From a virus (lineage: Duplodnaviria; Heunggongvirae; Uroviricota; Caudoviricetes): DNA of 64,000 bases. The translations under genes were made by a program, and so were the position numbers. Positions 59,713 through 64,000 of this stretch are shown in pieces. Below the pieces are notes generated by a model. It was not told the DNA's origin and did no database searches. It saw only the letters and a program-made list of their open reading frames with translations. How positions within the stretch are numbered: the first letter of the stretch is position 1; every line of letters begins with the position of its first letter. The stretch is from IMG/VR virus record IMGVR_UViG_3300022555_003200, one strand, 5' to 3'.

Positions 59713-59965
59713 AAACAAAATAGGGGGTAGTATGCGAACGTTAATAGGGTTGTCCGTAGTGGCGGTTGGTGTTGCGTTAGGTGTATGGCTTGGGGTATGG
59801 GTCATGCTAGTTGGTGGGATAGTTCAGTTAATTAACGGAGTTAAGGCAACTCCAGTTAACGCAACGTGGATTGCTTTTGGTATCGCTAGGGTAATGTTTT
59901 CAGGGTTTTGTGGGTGGGTTTCTGGGTTGATTGGTGTGTCCATCGGAACGGCAATCCTTGCATAG
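59696..59965 (+). CDS. Small membrane protein with 2-3 TM helices. It is a holin-like candidate.
   Basis: Highly hydrophobic 89-aa ORF. Confidence 0.35.
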   Translation: MRSETKNKIGGSMRTLIGLSVVAVGVALGVWLGVWVMLVGGIVQLINGVKATPVNATWIAFGIARVMFSGFCGWVSGLIGVSIGTAILA

Positions 59966-59973
59966 GTACTGAC

Positions 59974-60609
59974 ATGACACGGATAGTAACAATATCTGAC
60001 ACGCACGGGTTGCACACTCACGTTGAGGTTCCAGACGGGGATATTCTGGTTCATGCCGGGGATGTCACTATGGATGGCTCATTCAAGAGCTTTATAAACT
60101 TCCTAGCGTGGTTTAAGAAGCAGCCACATAAGCACAAGGTGTTCATTGCCGGAAATCATGACGAGGTACTTGAGAAGGGCTTTGGCACTGTAGAGGGGCT
60201 TATAGTAGAGTCCGGGTGTGTGTACTTGGAGAACACAGGCTGTGTGTTGGATGGTTTAAAGTTTTGGGGGTCTCCGATGACACCTAGGTTCATGTACTGG
60301 CACTTTATGGAGGACAGGGACAAGATAGGAAGGTACTGGGAGGGGATACAGAAGGGGTTGGATGTTTTGGTAACACACGGACCTCCTTACAAAATACGCG
60401 ACTACGTAATGCACACCTATGGAGACCACCACGTTGGTTGTAAGGCATTGCTTAGTAAGATACAAGAAGTAAGTCCGCGTGTCCACGTGTTCGGGCACAT
60501 TCATAGGGGGTTTGGTGAGGAGAAGATAGGAGACACCAGGTTTGTTAATGCGTCTGTATGTACCGAGGACTACGAGCCGAAGTACAGGGCAATGATGTTA
60601 GATCTATAG
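59974..60609 (+). CDS. Calcineurin-like metallophosphoesterase.
   Basis: Motifs ISDTHG, HAGDVTMDG, GNHDE and a GH.H motif. Confidence 0.7.
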   Translation: MTRIVTISDTHGLHTHVEVPDGDILVHAGDVTMDGSFKSFINFLAWFKKQPHKHKVFIAGNHDEVLEKGFGTVEGLIVESGCVYLENTGCVLDGLKFWGSPMTPRFMYWHFMEDRDKIGRYWEGIQKGLDVLVTHGPPYKIRDYVMHTYGDHHVGCKALLSKIQEVSPRVHVFGHIHRGFGEEKIGDTRFVNASVCTEDYEPKYRAMMLDL

Positions 60610-60846
60610 GATGATGTACCCATGATAAAACTGATTGTAGGTGTTGTGCTCTACCTCTTAGTGGTATTTTGCATAATAAGAGTTTTCGGATACGGCATCA
60701 AGGACAACTGATGTCAGGCGGGGATGGAGCAGAATTGGATAGGCTTGTGATCAGAGTGTGCATTGCAGTTACACTATTTATGGTACTGCTCCTGATAATG
60801 TCGTAAGTAAAACTAAGTCATAGACCACGGACACCGTGGAGAAGGA

Positions 60847-62775
60847 ATGAGACAGATGACTGACAAGATAATTACTGACGGGTTCTTAGCCAAATACAAA
60901 GACAAGACCCCGCCATTTGGGTTTAATGGTCTTGGATATGTTGTATACAAAAGGACATATAGTCGTATTAATCCGGACGGAAGTAACGAGGAGTGGTATG
61001 AGACCGTTGCACGTTGTATCAACGGGGCTCAGGAGATCGGTGCTGGCTATACAAAAGATGAGGCGGAACGGCTATTTGATCACATGTTTAATCTTAGATG
61101 TAATATGGCCGGCCGAATGCTTTGGCAACTTGGGACTTCCGGTATAAAGAGGTACGGAGGCAACGGCCTTTTGAATTGCTGGTTTGTGCAGATGAACGAG
61201 CCAGAGGACTTCTGTTTTTTGTTTGAGAATTTGATGCTTGGCGGAGGAGTTGGGTTTTCTGTAAGCCGCGAAGATGTTTATGAGCTTCCTAAGGTTCAGG
61301 AAGGGGTAAAGATTACTCATTTAAACACAAAGGACGCCGACTTCATTGTACCGGATAGTCGCGAGGGATGGGTAGCGTTGTTGCGTCGCTTGCTCAAGTC
61401 TTTCTTTGTAACGGGACGTTCCTTTAGCTACTCAACCATAATCGTTCGCGGGTACGGAGAGAAGATTCAGGGCTTCGGAGGCACTGCGTCAGGACCGGGT
61501 ATTCTTGTTGAGGGGATAGCAAACATAACGAAGACACTTCAGTCGAGGGAGGGTAAAAAGCTCCGGTCGATCGATGTGCTCGATGTGTGTAACATCATTG
61601 GGAGCATCGTTGTATCCGGGAACATTCGTAGATCCGCTCAGATCGCATTGGGCGACCCGGATGATTACCTCTTTATCCGTGCAAAGAGGTGGGACTTGGG
61701 GCACATCCCTAACTGGAGAGCTCTTTCCAACAATACCATCTTTGCTGATGACTACACTCATATCACAAACGACGTGTGGGAAGGGTACCACGGTAATGGG
61801 GAGCCCTACGGGCTCTTTAATGTGAAGCTCGCTCAGAGGATCGGGCGCGTGGGTGAGCATCGCAAGGACAACTGCCAGGGGGTCAACCCATGTGCTGAGA
61901 TTGCACTGGCTGACAAGGAGTGCTGCAACCTGTCTGAGTTGTATCTAAATAATGTCCAGTCTAAAGAGGAACTGATTGACTGCGCAAAGCTTCTATACAA
62001 GGCGCAGAAAGCGGTCTGCAACCTTAACTTTATCCATGAGGAGACAAATAAGATCGTCCATAAGAACATGCGTATTGGAGTTGGGTGCACGGGCATCTGC
62101 CAGTCATTTCACAAGCTCGAGTGGCTAAATGAAGCATACAAGGCTCTTCGAGTGTTTGACAAGGAGTGGAGTAAGAAGCAGGGGTATAACGAGAGCATTA
62201 AGCTCACTACAGTTAAGCCTAGCGGCACTTTGAGCCTTCTCGCAGGAGCTACTCCCGGTATTCACCCGGCCTATAGCAGGTATTACATTAGGCGCGTACG
62301 CATGTCCTCAGATGATAAGTTGATCGATGTGTGCAAGAAGCGAGGATACAAGGTTGACTACGTATCGAACTTTGATGGGACAGTTGATCACGCGACTATG
62401 GTAGTTGAGTTTCCATGCTTTGCCGGGAATGACGTTATGCTCGCAAAGGACATGACAGCCATCAAGCAGCTGGATCTCGTAAAGCAGATGCAGACCGTGT
62501 GGGCCGATAATGCTGTAAGTGTCACGGTGTACTACAAGAAAGAGGAGATCCCGGAAATAAAGAAGTGGCTTAAGGAGCATTACAAAGAGAACATTAAGAG
62601 CGTCAGTTTCTTATTGCACAGCGAGCATGGGTTTGATCAGGCGCCTTACGAAGAGATAACGGAAGACAGGTATAAGGAGCTTATTGCCGGGCTCAAGGAT
62701 ATAACAAAGACAAATATCGGTACTGAGGACTTGAACGTGGAAGAATGCTCAAAGGGAGTTTGCCCAATCAAATGA
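60847..62775 (+). CDS. nrdJ: Ribonucleotide reductase, likely class II (B12-dependent, single chain).
   Basis: Active-site NPCAEI motif and a C-terminal CxxxC pair. There is no adjacent small subunit. The class assignment is inferred. Confidence 0.7.
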   Translation: MRQMTDKIITDGFLAKYKDKTPPFGFNGLGYVVYKRTYSRINPDGSNEEWYETVARCINGAQEIGAGYTKDEAERLFDHMFNLRCNMAGRMLWQLGTSGIKRYGGNGLLNCWFVQMNEPEDFCFLFENLMLGGGVGFSVSREDVYELPKVQEGVKITHLNTKDADFIVPDSREGWVALLRRLLKSFFVTGRSFSYSTIIVRGYGEKIQGFGGTASGPGILVEGIANITKTLQSREGKKLRSIDVLDVCNIIGSIVVSGNIRRSAQIALGDPDDYLFIRAKRWDLGHIPNWRALSNNTIFADDYTHITNDVWEGYHGNGEPYGLFNVKLAQRIGRVGEHRKDNCQGVNPCAEIALADKECCNLSELYLNNVQSKEELIDCAKLLYKAQKAVCNLNFIHEETNKIVHKNMRIGVGCTGICQSFHKLEWLNEAYKALRVFDKEWSKKQGYNESIKLTTVKPSGTLSLLAGATPGIHPAYSRYYIRRVRMSSDDKLIDVCKKRGYKVDYVSNFDGTVDHATMVVEFPCFAGNDVMLAKDMTAIKQLDLVKQMQTVWADNAVSVTVYYKKEEIPEIKKWLKEHYKENIKSVSFLLHSEHGFDQAPYEEITEDRYKELIAGLKDITKTNIGTEDLNVEECSKGVCPIK

Positions 62776-63041
62776 AAAAGACTAGGCAGCTAAAGGTAGG
62801 TGAGTTGGTTGTGCTTGTGGGGTGCCCGTTTGACGAGCAGATCCCCGGGGAGGCAATGAAATACGCCTGTTTAAAGAGTGAGGTAATGAAAGTTTTAGAG
62901 ACACGAAAGGTTTCGTTTGAAGGCACCTCAGGTCAGTGGATTAAGGTAAGTAAGATCAGCGGATGGATTGATAAGGCGTGGTTCACGCCAGTTATAAGTC
63001 GCCAAAAGAGGTCTTCCGGTGGCACTTCTGGCGAGGTATAG
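62745..63041 (+). CDS. Hypothetical protein.
   Basis: ORF of 98 aa. Confidence 0.35.
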   Translation: MLKGSLPNQMKKTRQLKVGELVVLVGCPFDEQIPGEAMKYACLKSEVMKVLETRKVSFEGTSGQWIKVSKISGWIDKAWFTPVISRQKRSSGGTSGEV

Positions 63042-63227
63042 ATGAGTACAGGAGACATTCCAATGTGCCCAATTTGTAGGCGGTATATGTACCCTCAAGA
63101 GACCCACTCGCACACGGCAGCTGAGATGTGCCCGTTCTTCAGCCGCGTAGCAGAACTTTCACAGAAGCCGTTAGAAGACATTATGAATCGCAGAAAAGAA
63201 GGGCCAACCGGAATGGTGCTGGATTAG
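63042..63227 (+). CDS. Small zinc-ribbon protein.
   Basis: CPICRR...CPFF. Confidence 0.3.
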   Translation: MSTGDIPMCPICRRYMYPQETHSHTAAEMCPFFSRVAELSQKPLEDIMNRRKEGPTGMVLD

Positions 63228-63231
63228 AGTT

Positions 63232-63498
63232 ATGGGCTACCGAAAGCTGGAAATTCCTAAATGTCGCGTTGGAGAGCTCAAGGAGCCTGAGAGAACTGTC
63301 ATGATGAATCTTATCGAGCTGTTTTGTGACACATACGGATTTTACGAATATCTTAGGCTTCCTAAGGAGGCTACCGAGACTGCACTGATGCAGCTTATAG
63401 ATACAGGAATGCTTAAGGTTTTCTCAGATGGTAATGAGTTCTGGCTTGAGGCATACAACGTTGACACAGAGTCTTACGAGACGAAGGGTGAGATATGA
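63232..63498 (+). CDS. Hypothetical protein.
   Basis: ORF of 88 aa. Confidence 0.35.
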   Translation: MGYRKLEIPKCRVGELKEPERTVMMNLIELFCDTYGFYEYLRLPKEATETALMQLIDTGMLKVFSDGNEFWLEAYNVDTESYETKGEI

Positions 63499-64000
63499 AA
63501 TACGGAATGACGGATGTCGGGGCTTATGTGCAGTTGTATGGGAGTAATGTTAGATTCGTGAGTCACTACAAGGACTTTTTGGATGTCTTGTGGAGGAAGT
63601 ACGAGGAGTCTGATTTTGGTGTTCCGGGATCCCCAGTAAAACGGTACGGCAACAGGAAAGGTTGTAAATCATGAACGTAGATAACAATCTTCACATGACA
63701 AATGTCTCCTGGCAGACGGAGTTCATACGTAAGAAGTTTAGTGAGCAGATCAAGAGGGTCGGGGCGTTTGTCATTGACTGCAATGAGCCTAACTGGGATA
63801 GCTACAACGCTGAAGAGGTCAGTGTTAAGACGCTGAAGTTCGCGGCTAATGTTCTTCTTGAGTTGTGCGGTTGGTGCATGGATAACCTCGGGTTCTTTAA
63901 CAACAGGAGTTTTGAGATCTTTACGTGTCCTTCATGTAACGGCGAGGTTCATGTAGAGTTTAACTACGACAACAATTTCGAGATAGACATATACGCTAAG

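Noticed and set aside
60847-62775. Anaerobic class III ribonucleotide reductase (NrdD).
   Set aside because: There is no C-terminal glycyl-radical motif and no zinc ribbon. The NPCAEI active site and C-terminal Cys pair fit class I/II, and the absence of a small subunit favours class II.

Overview
The window is a dense, almost entirely coding stretch of a large virulent dsDNA phage genome. GC is about 48%, ribosome-binding sites are strong GGAGG-type, and a consensus TTGACA-17-TATAAT promoter is present, which is consistent with a Firmicutes-like or thermophile host. A leftward block (1-8735, minus strand) carries an RtcB RNA ligase interrupted by an intein at its catalytic cysteine, a metallophosphoesterase and a DUF932 protein. 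A rightward early region of small Cys-rich proteins follows. Next come a cytidine deaminase and M28-like peptidase, then a probable NAD+ reconstitution pair (Prs-like plus NAMPT-like), then a LemA/TPM/Gly-rich/SPFH membrane module. A 745-nt ORF-free region sits at 23070-23814. Beyond it are an Rnl2-type RNA ligase and two Endo VII/HNH endonucleases. The replication module has a DnaD-like organizer with internal iterons, a DnaB-like helicase, tRNA-Met(CAT), a DnaG-like primase, an SF2 helicase and a UDG4-PolA fusion. The recombination module has a UvsY-like protein, a gp32-like SSB, a UvsX/RecA homolog, a single-chain Mre11-Rad50 (SbcDC) fusion and a RuvC-like resolvase. A peptide deformylase with a SEC-C tail follows. 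There is a chaperonin set (Zn-ribbon-GroES-like, GroES, GroEL), a GIY-YIG homing endonuclease, terminase candidates, a phage sigma factor and a class II ribonucleotide reductase. The most interesting unexplained signals are: (i) a 40-nt near-identical promoter-like motif present 5 times; (ii) four tandem stem-loops with covarying stems and a conserved UUCCUA loop motif upstream of an orphan 651-aa protein; (iii) the 745-nt noncoding block; and (iv) short linear peptide motifs shared among recombination proteins. All calls come from reading the sequence and ORF translations without database searches.
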